Positions 39,500-53,086 of a DNA stretch of 64,000 bases are shown here, piece after piece. The position numbers and the translations under genes are program-made. Within the stretch, counting starts at the first letter, position 1. Every line of letters begins with the position of its first letter. The notes beneath the pieces are model-generated. The model had not been told where the DNA came from, did no database searches, and saw only the letters and a list, made by a program, of their open reading frames with translations. Location: the NCBI RefSeq assembly GCF_009914755.1, contig NC_060926.1; one strand, written 5' to 3'. Source of the stretch: the human T2T-CHM13v2.0 reference genome, Homo sapiens.

Positions 39500-39625
39500 T
39501 CCCGCATCAACGCCAGGCACGCGGATCCCCGCGGAGCTTTGCGGGAGGCGGGGTTTAGCGTGGGGGCGGGACCTTGCGAGGGAGGCGGGGCTTGCGGGGG
39601 GCGTGGGCCTCTGACGCGGGATCAG
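39500..39625. promoter_or_regulatory. Small CpG-rich patch with four GC boxes (Sp/KLF), candidate promoter
   Basis: GGAGGCGGGG twice, GGGGGCGGGA and GGGGGCGTGG within 70 bp, with many retained CpGs in an otherwise CpG-poor window. Confidence 0.55.
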
Positions 39626-40389
39626 AACCTCCCATAGCTGAGCCCTGCCTGTTTCCTGGCTTTGCCCAGATGCTTTAGGAACTTTTCGTCTTTAAATCCA
39701 TTTCGCACGTTATTGCACATTCCTTTGTGCAATTTTTAAAAATCTATAATTTATGAAAGCTGTCATTCGATAGGGTCTTTACTCTCCCTGGCTGGAACTT
39801 CTTCTAAAGTACTTCTCAGTAGGCAGCGAATCACTCCCCTTTGATTACCATGTGATTAGTTTGTTCAACTGATGGCCTTTCTTCTCTAAGATACTCATTG
39901 TGTCTTCTGCCTCCTATGCAGTTCTTAAGAATTTAAATGAGCCGTTTTATTTCTTCCTCCAAGCCGGAATCTGCACACCCGGCCCCACCCTTCGGCCTCC
40001 CCTTTTAGTGAACCTAAAAAACAGCGGCACCGTTTCCGAGGGCCTCCTCTAACGGGGAATTTTATGTTGTTTCTGACATTGTTTGTTGTGCTTCCCACAA
40101 GACCGAATGCTGCCAAAGATTGAGAGACAGTGACATAAATGTCAGGGAAACGCCTCGGCAGTGTCAAGCCTAATTAGACGCTTGCACTTGGGGGACAACT
40201 ACAGATACCATAAAACTCAGAGCTCGCCCTCTCTCTGCTCATGCCTGGAGTCTGGCAGATGGGGCAGGGCAAAAGAGAAGGCCCGGGAACAGGATGAAAG
40301 GGGATGGAGAACAGTTTCACTGGGATGCGGAATTTGATTTTGATGCATCCTCTTGTTCCTTTTAGGTCACTCTTGTCCTGGAAGCGCCC

Positions 40390-40702
40390 ACAGGCAAAGC
40401 CATTTTATGCATCAGGCGCTGTAGGCACAGTGCCTAGGGGATGTGGGGTTGTCAAGGGCCAAAACAAGTTTGAGATGAAAAAAAAAAGGGCTCTAAATTA
40501 CAAAACAGAAACTGTGAAATCAAAATAATAATTGAAGTGATAATTAACAAAGCAAATTATAAAAATTATTTTACAGCAGAAATATCTGCATGCACACCCA
40601 CATATAGGGCGAAATGTAAATGCGTTTTAAAAATTAATATAATATGAGATTAGGATTTCAAAAGTAAGAGTGCGTTTGGCCCTAAAATGGCTCTATCTAC
40701 TG
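40390..40702. mobile_element. hAT-Tip100-type MITE relic (ORSL-like)
   Basis: AGGCGCTGTAGGCACAGTGCCTAGGG near one end, AT-rich interior, and AAGAGTGCGTTTGGCCC near the other end. Confidence 0.45.
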
Positions 40703-40876
40703 ATTCAAAACACATTTCCATGTGCCTGGGTGAGTCAATTACACATAAATTGCATCACTAATATTCAGGTTCTTCAGCACCAGTGTACCATGCCAGGTAC
40801 ACCGGGGGAACAAGGGAAATTACCCTCACAGCTATGAGAATCTATTTGAGAAGATATAACTAAGTTATGAAGAACA

Positions 40877-41090
40877 ATTCACTTATTCATTTATTCAGTA
40901 AATATTTGAGCAGCTGTTACGTGCAACATTCCTGATACTGAGAATAAAACAATAAACAAAAGATATAAAAATCTCTGCCCTCTTAGAGCTTACAAGTCCG
41001 GTGAACAATGGTATAATAAAGTACTACGTTCAACATAAGTACCAATGATTTACAGAATGCTGAGTGTGATGGCGCAGCCCACATGATCAA
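40877..41090 (-). mobile_element. L2 3' end
   Basis: ATTCACTTATTCATTTATTCAGTAAATATTTGAGC...CTCTGCCCTCTTAGAGCTTACA. Confidence 0.8.
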
Positions 41091-41704
41091 GGACAACTCG
41101 ATGCTGGCGGGAGTGTGAGTAGGTCTGGTCACTCGGTCACCCACTCTGCAGCTTGTGCTCCTCCACCCATGTGTACAGAGAAGCAAAAGGTCTGTTTTTG
41201 CCCACAGGAAGATAATATATACATGGATGAAATAATGTGTGTGAAAAGGCACGTTGTAAACTCTCAAGTGCAATGTGAATTATATGTCGTCTTATGTATG
41301 TGACACACTCTGTTTATGCACCTGAGTGGAGATACTAGAGTCATTGTGGAGAAATACACGTTCAATCATTTTCTACTCTCAATTTTTGCACAGATATTTT
41401 TCTGCTAAGTTGAGCCAGCTTGTACATAAATATCCCAAATCCTCTTTGGTCATACTTTGGAATCCCACTGAGGTACTGAGAACAGTAGCCACCTCAAAAC
41501 AGCATCAGAGAAAGACAAAACCACCTGAGACTTTATCCAAAGGGACTCTCATTGCTAAAAGGGGAGAGTTTGGGATGGGAGAAGAGTTTACCTATCAAGG
41601 GCATCCAAAGTCTGGATTCCAAGGTGCGATCCAAAGCCTGGATTCCCTAAAACCATGTGGTACAGCTCAGTATATTTTGGCAAAACAGAGTCCATTTCCT
41701 TTAG

Positions 41705-41930
41705 TCATATAGCAAGTTTACACTGTTTCAAAGAGTGTGAGCATCATGTTAATTTATGGTTCAAAATGCATCCATGATGTAACTAAAATAATTATTATTA
41801 ATCCCATTTCGCGATGTGGAAAGTGAGACAAAGCAGGCTTAAGAGAGATGCCCAAAGTCATGCTGACTGGCCATCATAAAGGAGTTCCATTTTCTTGGCA
41901 TACTGCAGGATTCCTTTCACCATGTCTCTC
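41705..41930 (-). mobile_element. MIR relic
   Basis: TATTATTAATCCCATTTCGCGATGTGGAAAGTGAGAC...TGCCCAAAGTCA. Confidence 0.65.
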
Positions 41931-42213
41931 GCTAAGGCCCTAGTGCCAAGAGCTGCCAGAGACCTCCTCCTTAGGAGATCAGCAAGCCTAGGGTTGACCT
42001 CCTCTGAGATGACCAGAATTGTTTGATGAGTAAACACACACCATTTATTTGCCCATCAGACTTTTCCTGTAACATGCACTTGTCTAATTGCCCAAGAAAT
42101 TCTTCCCTAGACCCTCCCTTCTGTCCCCCAAAATACACACCTAAAATACAAACACACCCACGCACATAACAATGTGGATCCATTCAAAATCCATTTCTCA
42201 AGTGCTTACCTTC

Positions 42214-42360
42214 TAAGGCTGCCAGACTTAGTAAATAAAAATATAAGATACCTAGTTAAATTTGAATTTCGTGTAAACAACAAAAAATTGTTTGGCATAA
42301 GTATATCCCAGGCAATATTTGGGAAATACTTACACTGAAATAAGACTTCATTATTTATTG
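42214..42360. mobile_element. MER53 (palindromic hAT MITE), partial
   Basis: GGCTGCCAGACTTAGTAAATAAAAATA...AGTTAAATTTGAATTTC...GCATAAGTATATCCCA...TTGGGAAATACTTA. Confidence 0.85.
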
Positions 42361-44124
42361 CATTGCACTAAACTGTTTACCCAAATGGAATCAGACTCAT
42401 AATCTAAAAATCAAATAGAATTTCTTGGAAATCAAATGGAAAGAATTTCTTGCATAATTAGACAAGTGCATGTTACAGGAAAAGTTTGATTAGCAAATTA
42501 ATGGTGGGCATTTACTCATAAAACAATTCTGGTCATCTCAGAAGAGGTCAACCTTAGGTTGGTGATCTTCTGAAAAGGAGGTCTCTGGTAGCTTTTGGCA
42601 CTTCCAGGCCTAAACATATCTTGGTCCTACTTGCAGTCAGCTGCGAAGGTGAGGAGTCTGAACCTATTTGTTTAATTGTTAGAGAATCTAAGAGTGATGG
42701 AAAAGTTAAAAATACTTTTGTCCCTGACTCCCATGAGATTACACCTAAAGTAATCAAGACTAGAGGAAACTTAACCTATGTATACATACCGAACCCAGAA
42801 CCCTCACTGGAAACAGTACAACTGTCATACCCAAGAGGCAGTTTACACCCAGTATGAATCCCAGCGACTGTGAATACAGTCATTTCTCTGCATCCTTCCT
42901 CAGCCATACCAAAACCCCCTGCTGCTCTGCCACAGTAAACTCTCTCATAACAAGCCTGGTACACTTGTTGGCAAATGATAGGTTCAATTCTTATTTGTGA
43001 GAAGAAAATGCAATGCATGTTGACAGCCATATTTTCAACAGTTTAGCTCAAGTTAGATAAAACTGCAGACTCTGAGAAAGAAAGATCTGGGGAAAGGCAT
43101 CACTGATTCCTTTGGGGGACGGAATCTGGAACCAAAAAGAAAGAGGTCCTGGAACCCAAAAAGGAACAAGCAAACAAAACATTGGCAAGGCAAATGCAAG
43201 CTTTCTCCTCGTAATACTGAGTGAATAAATACTCATAATACCTCTCAACAGTATAGAGAAAAATAGCTAGTCCAACGGAGGGGAGTGATCCTCCAAGAAC
43301 TGAAGAGCTCATGGGCTCATTTGTATTTTCAGCTTCAAGTTTGAGGGAACGCTCAGGAAAGATGTTTCCGAAACTTCAGCTCAACCTCCACCCAATTAGA
43401 AAGATGGCTCTCTTGGTGTGTTTTTAATCCTATAGTATTTGTTTTAGAATGGGGTGGTCCTTAGAGCAAGGATAGTGACAGAGAAACTTTATTTCTTTAT
43501 TATTTGTATTACAAATAATATTACAACGTATTTACAACACAGCTTCTACCAACTTTCACTGAAGAGACAGTTTTTGAGGGTGTGTGGACAACTGTGAAGA
43601 AAGACAGGAAACTCCCAGGGAACTGGTTGCAGGAGTACAGGACGGGAGAGGGAAGCTTCTAGTGCTTATGCCATCCTCACCTCAGCCCACCCTGTTGCTG
43701 ACCACTGGCAAGGTTAGCTGAACCTGGCCAGGGAGGTAACAAACAGGAAACCAGAGTGAACTTGGGGAAGCGGGGAGGTGTGATCAGGAAACAGGGATAT
43801 CACCATACTGTGGAAACCCACACTGGCCTGCATGCTTGGGCAACCCTCTCTCCATGGGTCACACAGACACAGACACAGGACCTGCCCTCAGGGATTAGAG
43901 TCCAGAGGGGAAGATAGATGTCTTCTGTCTTGCAAAGGCAACTGTGCCATGCAGTAAGCAGCGTGGCTTGGTCAGTTGGCAAGAAGCACATGCGCAGAGT
44001 CTCAGCAAAGCAGTTGTCAACAACAGAAGAGCAAGACAGAAAGATTCTTGGAACGATTTTACGCTGGATATTTCTTCAAAACATGTAAAATAGCAAACAT
44101 TCTGAATTTTGTTGAGCTTCCTTA

Positions 44125-44360
44125 CAGTATATGGTTGAGGACATAGACCCTGGAACAGAATGCCTATATTTGAAGCTAAGTTCTGTCACTTACTAGCTCG
44201 GTGATCTGGGACAAGTTACTTTACCATTCTGGGCCTCAGTTTTCTCATCCGCAAAATGGGGATAGCAGGTTATGCAATTATTGTGAGAATTAAATGAGTT
44301 TTAACATCTGTAAAGTGAGTGCCAGAGCCTGATCCATAACAAGCAGTGTTAGTGATAATT
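44125..44360 (+). mobile_element. MIR, near full length
   Basis: CTGTCACTTACTAGCTCGGTGATCTGGGACAAGTTAC...GCCTCAGTTTTCTCATCCGCAAAATGGGGAT...GTGAGAATTAAATGAG. Confidence 0.92.
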
Positions 44361-44544
44361 ACAATGACACATATAGTTTACTATTTTCTTTTATTTTAGA
44401 TTACATACAGAGAAGAGAATATCTTATTTTTTTAATTTTATTTTATTTCCAGCAACACCTCATTCTGTGCCATAGGATGGGTATGCCCCGAAGACATTGT
44501 AATTTATGATTTATTGTCTCTAAAAATCTTAACATGGCCCGATG

Positions 44545-45170
44545 ATAAACACTGAGGCAGAGGTATGCCCAAGGCAATGTAGTAAAGATGCCCCTAGAAG
44601 GCACTCATCCTTCAGGCCTCAGGAGGGTGCTCAAGGAGAGTTTCCTGTAGGAACACTCTAAGCTGAGTCCTGAAAGGGCTGCCCAGGTGAGAGGAAGAGG
44701 AGAAGTTTGTGTAGAAGCCAGAGGCAAGAATGGGAGGAACACAAACCTGCTAAGAATGTAGACAGCAGAGCTGGAGAGTAGGGCCACAGAGACACAGCTG
44801 CCCAAACCTAGGTGAGAGGCTGTGGCTTAAAACCAAATAGCAGAATGTGGAGGGAGAAGCACATCCAGCTTTTGGGGAGGGTCCCCCTAATCAAGGGCAT
44901 TGACAGGACTTGGTAATTGAGTAGTTATGAAGGTGAGGTGGAATTTTACTTCTTCTGGTCTGTTGGCTTAGACAACTGTAAAGATGTTGACACCATTTGC
45001 TGAAGCAGGAAACACAGGAAGAGGAGATGAGATGGGGGCAGGAAGAGTGAGGGAGGTGGGAGAACACCAGGAAGGAGTTAAGGTCATGGCTTTCATTTGG
45101 AACCATTTATCTCTGATATTTGTGTAAAACAGAGCTAAGTGTGAATGCTAGTAGAGAATTGGATACACAG
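44545..45170 (-). mobile_element. L2 relic (fragmented)
   Basis: GGAGAGTTTCCTGTAGGA...AAGCTGAGTCCTGAAAG and TGGCTTAGACAACTG...CACCATTTGCTGA. Confidence 0.65.
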
Positions 45171-45284
45171 TGAAAATAATTAAAAATACAATACCCATCC
45201 CTTACATTATATAGAATTCTTCTTCTATAGAATGAATCACTTCCCATGGTTTTTATAATTCCTGTGAGATGAGAACAAGTATGA

Positions 45285-45620
45285 CAACAACACATATTGA
45301 ACACTTACTACGCTGGGTATTTTATATGTATTTACTCTCACAATGCTTACATGAACCCTGAGCAGTACATTCTGTTAATAACCCATTTCACAGTTAAGGA
45401 CACTGAGGCTTAAACCCAAAGATTACAAAACTCGACCAATGACACACAGCCGGTATGCAGCAAATCCACATGGTATGTTTTCCCTTTTGACACCTACAGA
45501 AACTAGAGATTAAATAGGACAAGGGTCAAGCATGAGGTTACATAACCAGGAAGTTGTGAAACCAACTCTAGCACCCAAATCTGCTACTTCAAGAGTCCAG
45601 TGTTCTTTGCCCCACCTCAT
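45285..45620 (-). mobile_element. MIR (interrupted)
   Basis: CATATTGAACACTTACTA...CCCATTTCACAGTTAAGGACACTGAGGCTTA. Confidence 0.75.
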
Positions 45621-45974
45621 GAATTCAGGCTGTAGGAGTATATAATTTGCACAGGGCAAGAGTAAGAAGATTGATGGAGTAGGACCAACCAGTAGCCATG
45701 TTCAAACAAGGCAAAAACTGCTTCTTTCCTTGTGCAGGCTCATGAGAGTAAGGTACTTCATCTCTATCTGCTGCTGCTACCGTGATGCTGATGCTGATGC
45801 TGACATGGAGGCTGGGTGCCACTGAGGGTGGAGCTCTATCAATCCCGGCTCATTCTGCAATTAAGACAAAAGACCTCTGTGGTCCTAGAGTTCTTGAGGA
45901 CAAGCTTGGGATGGAGCATTATCTTTTGTTTCCAGATTACTCAAGAGAGGAGAACTTGGGCTGGAGTTGTGTTT

Positions 45975-46105
45975 TTGTTCATTTATTCAATAAGCATTAC
46001 AATAACTGAGCAGTTACTGAAGTGCCAGGCCATGTGGTATGCACACAGTACACGGTGATGAACAAAACAGACATAATCCTGCTCCTGTAGAGCTCACGGT
46101 TCCAA
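45975..46105 (-). mobile_element. L2 3' end
   Basis: TTCATTTATTCAATAAGC...GTGCCAGGC...ATGAACAAAACAGACATAATCCTGCTCCTGTAGAGCTCAC. Confidence 0.82.
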
Positions 46106-49100
46106 ATGCCCCAGCTGTTCATGCCCAGCACTGGCTGAATGGTGAGTGGGGAATGGGTCTTAATATCCAAAAGCTGGCCTTGAAAAGCTGGCTTCTGTGG
46201 TTTTAATTGGGTCCCACTGATGGAGGGGACACTAGTCTGGCTGTTAGGGGACACTGGTTAGGCCTGGGTATTGGTTAGGCCTAGTGACTGGCTAGGAGAC
46301 CCTGGGAAACTCATCCAGCTTCTCTGGCCTTGATGTAAAATGGGTGGTAGGGAGGACAAAAAGACTGGATCATGATTGTCAAACTCCTTTGAAGCTACAT
46401 TATTTCTTCTGTGTTCAGTTCACAGATAGTTACCTAGAGCCAACTTTGTGCAATTAACATGAATAAAGTGAACATGGCCCAGGCCTCACTGAGCTTGAGG
46501 TCTGGTGGAAATCTTGTGCCAGACTCCACCATATGAAACACATAAAAGTGAAGCTAATCCTGGAACTCCAGAAAACAGTTTAAATAAATAAGTAAGTAGG
46601 TAAATAAATAAATAAAAAGACTAGCTAATCCCTCAGGTTCCTTCCTACTCTAAGCTTCTTGAGTTTTTTCTCCAAGTCTGGGGCAACACAGCAGGAGAAA
46701 TGCAACTTCTGCACACCTATCTTCAGTTGTACATCAACTGAATCTGTCTGAAATTTTGTCCCAGCCGCAAGCACTCAAGCTTTTCCAGGTACTGCTGTTT
46801 TGCTCCATTGGTTTATTTTGAGGAATCCAGCCATTTGGGTGAGGCTCTCAAAGTGTCTCCTTCAAACCAGGCAAAGAAGAGAAGACCATATTTTCTTCTG
46901 GAGGCAGAAGGATTTTCATGCATTACTCCCCAAGCACAGAGAGAGCCCTGGAGAGGCTACAGTGGATGTTAGCAAAAGCAAGAAAAAGAGGCACAGTTGA
47001 GAGCTGTTGCTCATTCCCTGAGAATTCTCTTTTTTTTTTTTCTTTTTTGAGAATGGCAATGAAAGCCCAGCTCCCCTATTCCCTTGCTAGTTTTGTAAAA
47101 CAAACAGGAGCAAATAATTTTCATTCATTGACTTTGTTCTTCCCTTCCAAAGAAATCTCTGCATCCTCTAAGGAAGGCCCAGTTGAGGCTTACTGCACAC
47201 TGTCTGTCCACTTGGTGAGAAGGGATTTGACTTTGAATTTTTTTCTTTCTCACACCATTCTGTGCCAATGTGCGCCTGACCATTTCCAGATGAAATGCTG
47301 CCTTTACCAGAACGAGATGTTTGCGAAAAGGTCTTTAATGAACTGAAAACGTTAATTTGAAAAGTCTCCTCTGTGGAAAGAGTGAGGCTTGGAGAAGGAA
47401 ATGACACACGGGCTGTGGACTGGCAGACGGCTGGTTTCTCTCAAGTTTTTCAGAGGGGAGATGGAGAATGGCTACACGAGGGTGGGACCCAAAATGGATC
47501 CTCACTCGGAGGGCAGGACCAAAATGGCAACTCTGAGCTTCGTTCACATGCTCAGTTTTATTTGGTATTTTAAATGTCTACAGGCACAGGATTCCCCCTA
47601 GTGAAAAACAACACACAGTCCCCCAAGCCTCTTAAGAGCCCCTTTCCCACCACCAGAAATTCCAGCAAATGCCCCACTGGAATTATTTCAAAGGTAACCT
47701 CAATAAGAGTGATGTTCATATAAACAGCCATAACCACCACTAACACCACCACCTTTTTTTTTAACCAAGGTGTTATTCTGCTCCCTGCCCCCACCATCGG
47801 TGCCACCCATATTGCACACACGAGGAGAAAACATGAAAGGGACAGGCTCTGCTAAGAATGCTGATTATAAGCCATTGAGCAGATATAATTACAGGAATTG
47901 CTCTCCCTAGCTGAGCTGATATTTATTTCAGCAGTTCTGACCCTTCATGGGGATCTCACTGCTGCCCCATCCCCCAGCCCCACCTTCCTCCCTCCACTCC
48001 CACCCTCTAACTGAAAGCAAACCCAAGCCAAGTCCTGCTCATACTCTCGGCCAGTTGCCAGGAAAAGTGTAAATTTTCGTGAGCTCAGGCTGCTTTGCCA
48101 GAAGTCTGCAATGTGTCTGGACATGAACGGTTGTTCCCTTTTGTGAGGCCAGGCCTGAGCACCAGGAAGTTCTAGAAGCAGCACATGGAGAGAGATGGAG
48201 TGAACCAAAAAAGGGGCAAAAACAGCCTGTCTGCAGTAGACAAGGCTTGCCCAGGTGTCCCGTCTGAGCCCAGAGCCAATCTCCTTATTGCCCTTAAAAA
48301 AAGGTTGTCTTAAGACTCAGTATTCCAATTGTGTGCTGTTAACTTTGTTCCCAAGGGTAATTCCCTACTAGGACTTCACCCTTCATAATGAAAATTAAAC
48401 AAGTTAAGTCTGAGTGTGAGTGTGCGTGTGTGTGTGTGTTTTAAAAAAAAGAGAGAGAGGTAATCTTTAAGCACAGGCACAGCTAACTAGATGTAACCCT
48501 TCCTGGTCCTATAGGCTTGGCAGAGAAGAAAATAAAAAGACATTCTGAGACAATTTGAAAGAAAAGATTTTTAAAATGCAAAACAGCAAAGATCACCAAA
48601 CAAGGATGGGACAATATTAACCCATCTTCCAAGCTGGATCATTCTTGCTGTGCCAGGATGGGTGAGCTTCATACATTCAGAAACTGCCAAGACCCCGAAG
48701 GTAAGTGAGGGTGCTGTCCAGCCCCATTCAAGTTTTCTCTGTGTTGATGCTTTGCATCCACACAATGTTATACTTGGGTGAATTTCACTGCATGGTCAAA
48801 GCCTGTGGTCTGTCTCTAAATTCTCTAGTTTTCATTTTATTTCTATTGAAAGGGGCAGTAAACTTTAATGTGGAGTATGCAATTATTTGGAGGCCAGGTG
48901 TGACTTCTTAACAAGGTTAAAAACCCCTGAACAAAAGCAAAGCCAGAGAGAAGGGTACGTTTCTAAGTGATTAAAAAGCAGTGTTACTCCCTTCACACCC
49001 AGCCTGCCCCCATCTTGCCCTGACAGAGCAAGGGAAGGGTACAAATCAAAGATCCAAACTTTACTCACCAGATGAATATATGAAAGAAAGTACACTTGCT

Positions 49101-49878
49101 GCTAAGTTTGCACTGAACTGGCAAGGGCTGGGATGGGGCAAGGAAGAGCTTGCGTGAATACAAGGTGGGATGAACAAGCCATAAGATAACACAGGCTTGC
49201 CTCAAGCTGCTCAATAGACATATATCATAAAAAATAAAATAGAAATCATTTTAACAAATGGATTCAGTGTCAGTGTACCAGCTGTTATTCCTAGAGGGAA
49301 ACCTTTTGCCATTTGAAACATTAAAAAACAGCTGCTATTTATCATTCAGGCCAACTTGGGTTGCCAGGAATGACAGAATAAAGGACACAAAAATCAACAA
49401 ATTTTCTAAATTTTTTAAAAATATGGAATTCCAGCTAGAAATGCAGTTGCAAGGTACATGGACTAAAACAAACTAAAAGAGGGAAAGAGAAGGAAGAAGA
49501 GAGAAGGAAGAGGAGAGGGACGAACAATACCCCCTTGGGTTCAACCAACCCAATTCAATGAATTAAGGTGCCCATGCTGTATCTTAAAAGGGACAGAAAT
49601 TAGCAGATAATGCGGAGGGAGAGGAGCTGCCACTGGAGAACCAAGGAAAGAGAGGGTTTGCTGCACCAAGACAAGGAGGAGAAAGGAAGTGAGATGAGGA
49701 AAACTGCAGGTTAGGAGTAATAGGAAAAGTCAGAGACTCCAGCCAAGTGCTTAAAATTGTTCTAGGGTGGGCAGGAGCAGTGTATGTGAAGAATAGTAAA
49801 GGTGGATTAGTGATACACAATCCTCTGTTATTCTCTAGCAAAGAAGATTCCAGAATAAATGGTGCCCCTGCTATTTAG

Positions 49879-50280
<402 letters not shown>

Positions 50281-50739
50281 CCTTTTCTAATGGATAAGGG
50301 TCAAATCCATTTCTAGCCTCAAAACATACCCAAGTCCTCTCAACCTTCTGGGAGAGTAATTCCATAGATAGAAGGTGGAAAAGACAGAAAGGTTTTCAAA
50401 GAGATGCAAGAATTGACAGCAGAATAGGAAAACTTTCAAGTCATTAATTACTAATGAAATAGAGTTAATTACAGATTTGTGGAGTTTTAAAAATTTGTTT
50501 TATTTTTCTGTGTTTTGCCTAATTTGTTTAAAAAGGATGTTCAGGGTTTCTTTCTTAGTTTATTTTAAGAAACCTGCCTGAATGATTCTGTTATTCTTGG
50601 TTACTTGTTCAGTCCACGGGTATCATCAGGGCCCAGGAGGCCTCTCAGGTGTGCAAAGCCCAGCCCTACTCGATGGAAGATTATGGTCTGCCTGCACACA
50701 GAGCCTCACAGGTGGGGAAGATCAGGCCACAAGAATAGC

Positions 50740-50880
50740 CAGCATCATTTCAAAAGGGCCAGACATTGTGCCAAGAACTTTCCTTAACTCATCTCCAAGA
50801 ATCCTACAAAAACTCATGGAGGTAGACAAGAATCTGCCCATTTACAAAGAAGAAACTGAGGCCCCAGGAGGAAAGTGTCT
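50740..50880 (-). mobile_element. MIR
   Basis: GCCAGACATTGTGCCAAG...CCCATTTACAAAGAAGAAACTGAGGCCC. Confidence 0.75.
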
Positions 50881-52389
50881 GAGTGTGCATTATGCCTGGG
50901 AGACTCGAAGGAGGTGGAGGGCGGCTGGACTCCTCTTGCCTGCTCTCTAAAGGGCTCGGTGAGGCTCTGGTCAGTCACACAGGCAACCCTCAAAATAAAA
51001 CCGAGCTTTAAAAGGCACATAAAAGAAACTTGTTTTTCTATCTTTAGGTCATTCTGTGCCTCCATCTGCAGGGATGGAACTTGGTTTCATTAAACATGAT
51101 ATTTCTGTCGCTCTCTTATGTTTTTATTGTTTTGTTTTCTCTTGCTTTCAATTAAAGGATTTTTTCCCCTCCCAGAAATTCTTTGGGAATTTGAAACCCA
51201 CTTCAAGGAAGGAAAAAAAAAAAAGGAAATCCATCTTACAGTATTAGTCACCAAGATGGGTGTGAAGACAACGGGCTATAAACCAAACTCGGCTCCATCT
51301 CCAAGACCAAAGAACAGTCTCTAACAAACTGCTTTGAATTTTAAGAATTAGCAATAATGCTGGCAAACCGGTTTCCTTTTCTTAAAAAATGAAATAATAA
51401 TAATTTGTTTAAAACCTCCAAATTGACTCCTAATGTTACCACCAAATAAAGAACATGGGCTGAGACTTCAAGCAAAAGCCAGGATGTTCAAAAGCCAGAG
51501 AAAAACACTTAGCTATGAAAAAATAAAAATATGAGTTGGAAATAAAATCCCAGGGAAGCAAATTTGGTGTGCACTAGAGGTCTTGCATTCTACCAGCAAA
51601 AGCAGGCAGTGGTGGGAGGCAGCAGGGGCGGGAGGGTTGGGGAGTCAGGAGTGGGAGCAGGTTGTGTGGAATCTGGTGGAGTGTTTCACACTTTGAAATC
51701 AAAGAAATGGGCATGTGTAAGTGCCTGCTCTTCCTATATGACTGTCCCTCTTTGTGGCAGAGTTGTGATTAAATAATCTCCCTCTTATCATGGCCTTTGA
51801 TCTCATAATCCCCTTTTCCCACACTATTAAGATACCCCATGTGTCAGCAATTCAACTTTGCGTGCTGGAACTTTATTTTTTATTTTTTTTTTTTTGCCCA
51901 CACCTGCCCACACATCAGTGTCTCTGCTTTGCTTTATGCTTTGTCCATCTTGCAATGTTTTCATTAGGTGGGAGCCGTGGCGAAGGCCAGCTGCCACCCC
52001 CACATGGGGAACTCAAGCCAGCATCCCTCCTCCATGGGGCTGGAGAGGGATCACAGAAGCAAGAGGCTCCCAAGGGCTCCAGGCCTCCCTGAGAGGGAAA
52101 GTGCTGACCCAAGGGAAGGGGAAGTTCACTTGCTTAGCAGTTCTCAGGAACAGACTTTGTGTGTGTTTCACTCCTGAGCAAATGCTACTGATAGCAGCTT
52201 ACTGGGGAGTTTGGCCCAAGAAGACACCGCCTACTTGTCTTTTGTGTTTAGCAACCATTTCCACTGGGTTTGCACCACTGCCCCTTTCAATCCCACCTTC
52301 TGAGTCCCATCTAAGACATCTGAACTGGCAGTCTACAATGCAAGGCCCTGGCCTGGAAATCACCTGGCAATTTCCCACCAGCCGCCTAA

Positions 52390-52650
52390 GGAGAAAAGAG
52401 CAGGATTCTGGAATCCAGGTTCAAATCAGCCTCACCAGGATTCTTCACAACCTTGAGCCTCAGTTTCCTCCTCTCTAAAATGAAGACTCAGTGTCTTCCT
52501 CACATGTCTTTTGTGCTAGGCTTGAATGAGAGAATAACGATACCTTTCTTAGCAAGCACTATGTGTTGAGCCTGTATGTGCATTATCTCATGAAGTTCTC
52601 ACAGCACAGCCTGGCACACAATGCGTGATAGACACACAAGAAAATTATGG
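52390..52650 (+). mobile_element. MIR (with a short opposite-strand MIR piece inside)
   Basis: GGTTCAAATC...GAGCCTCAGTTTCCTCCTCTCTAAAATGA...TGAATGAGAGAAT...CAGCCTGGCACACA. Confidence 0.75.
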
Positions 52651-52682
52651 TTGCAAGGGAAAAAAAAAAAGAAGAAGAAGAA

Positions 52683-52978
52683 GCCTGGGCTCAGTGGCTC
52701 ACACCTATAATCCCAGCACTTTGGGAGGCCAAGGCGGGTGGATCACTTGAGGTGAGGAGTTTGAGACCAGCCTGGCCAACATGTTGAAACCCCATCTCTA
52801 CTAAAAATACAAAAATCACTCGGGCGTGGTGGCAGGCACCTGTAATCTCAGCTACTCTGGAGGCTGAGGCAAGAGAATCACTTGAACCCTGGAGGCAGAG
52901 GTTGCAGTGAGCTAAGATCACGCCATTGCACTATAGCCTGGGCAATAAGAGCAAGACTCCAACTCAAAAGAAAAGAAA
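52683..52978 (+). mobile_element. Alu (AluS), full length
   Basis: GCCTGGGCTCAGTGGCTCACACCTATAATCCCAGCACTTTGGGAGG...GCAAGACTCCAACTCAAAAG. Confidence 0.96.
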
Positions 52979-53086
52979 TCTTCCCCAAAGACACCAAGTT
53001 AATAAGCTGCAGAGCTTGAAGTACTAACCACTTCTATGTTAGCAGTGTTTGTGCTTTAACCACAATTCTAGTCTTCTGCCTGGAGA

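Noticed and set aside
40772-40793. TTCAGCACCA, REST/NRSE left half
   Set aside because: The right half (GGACAGCGCC) is absent.
49476-49520. About 45-nt homopurine tract (H-DNA candidate)
   Set aside because: Ordinary GA-rich low-complexity sequence without a long mirror symmetry.
51858-52478. 206-aa plus-strand ORF
   Set aside because: Non-ATG start, runs through a poly-T tract and ends in a MIR. No recognisable homology.
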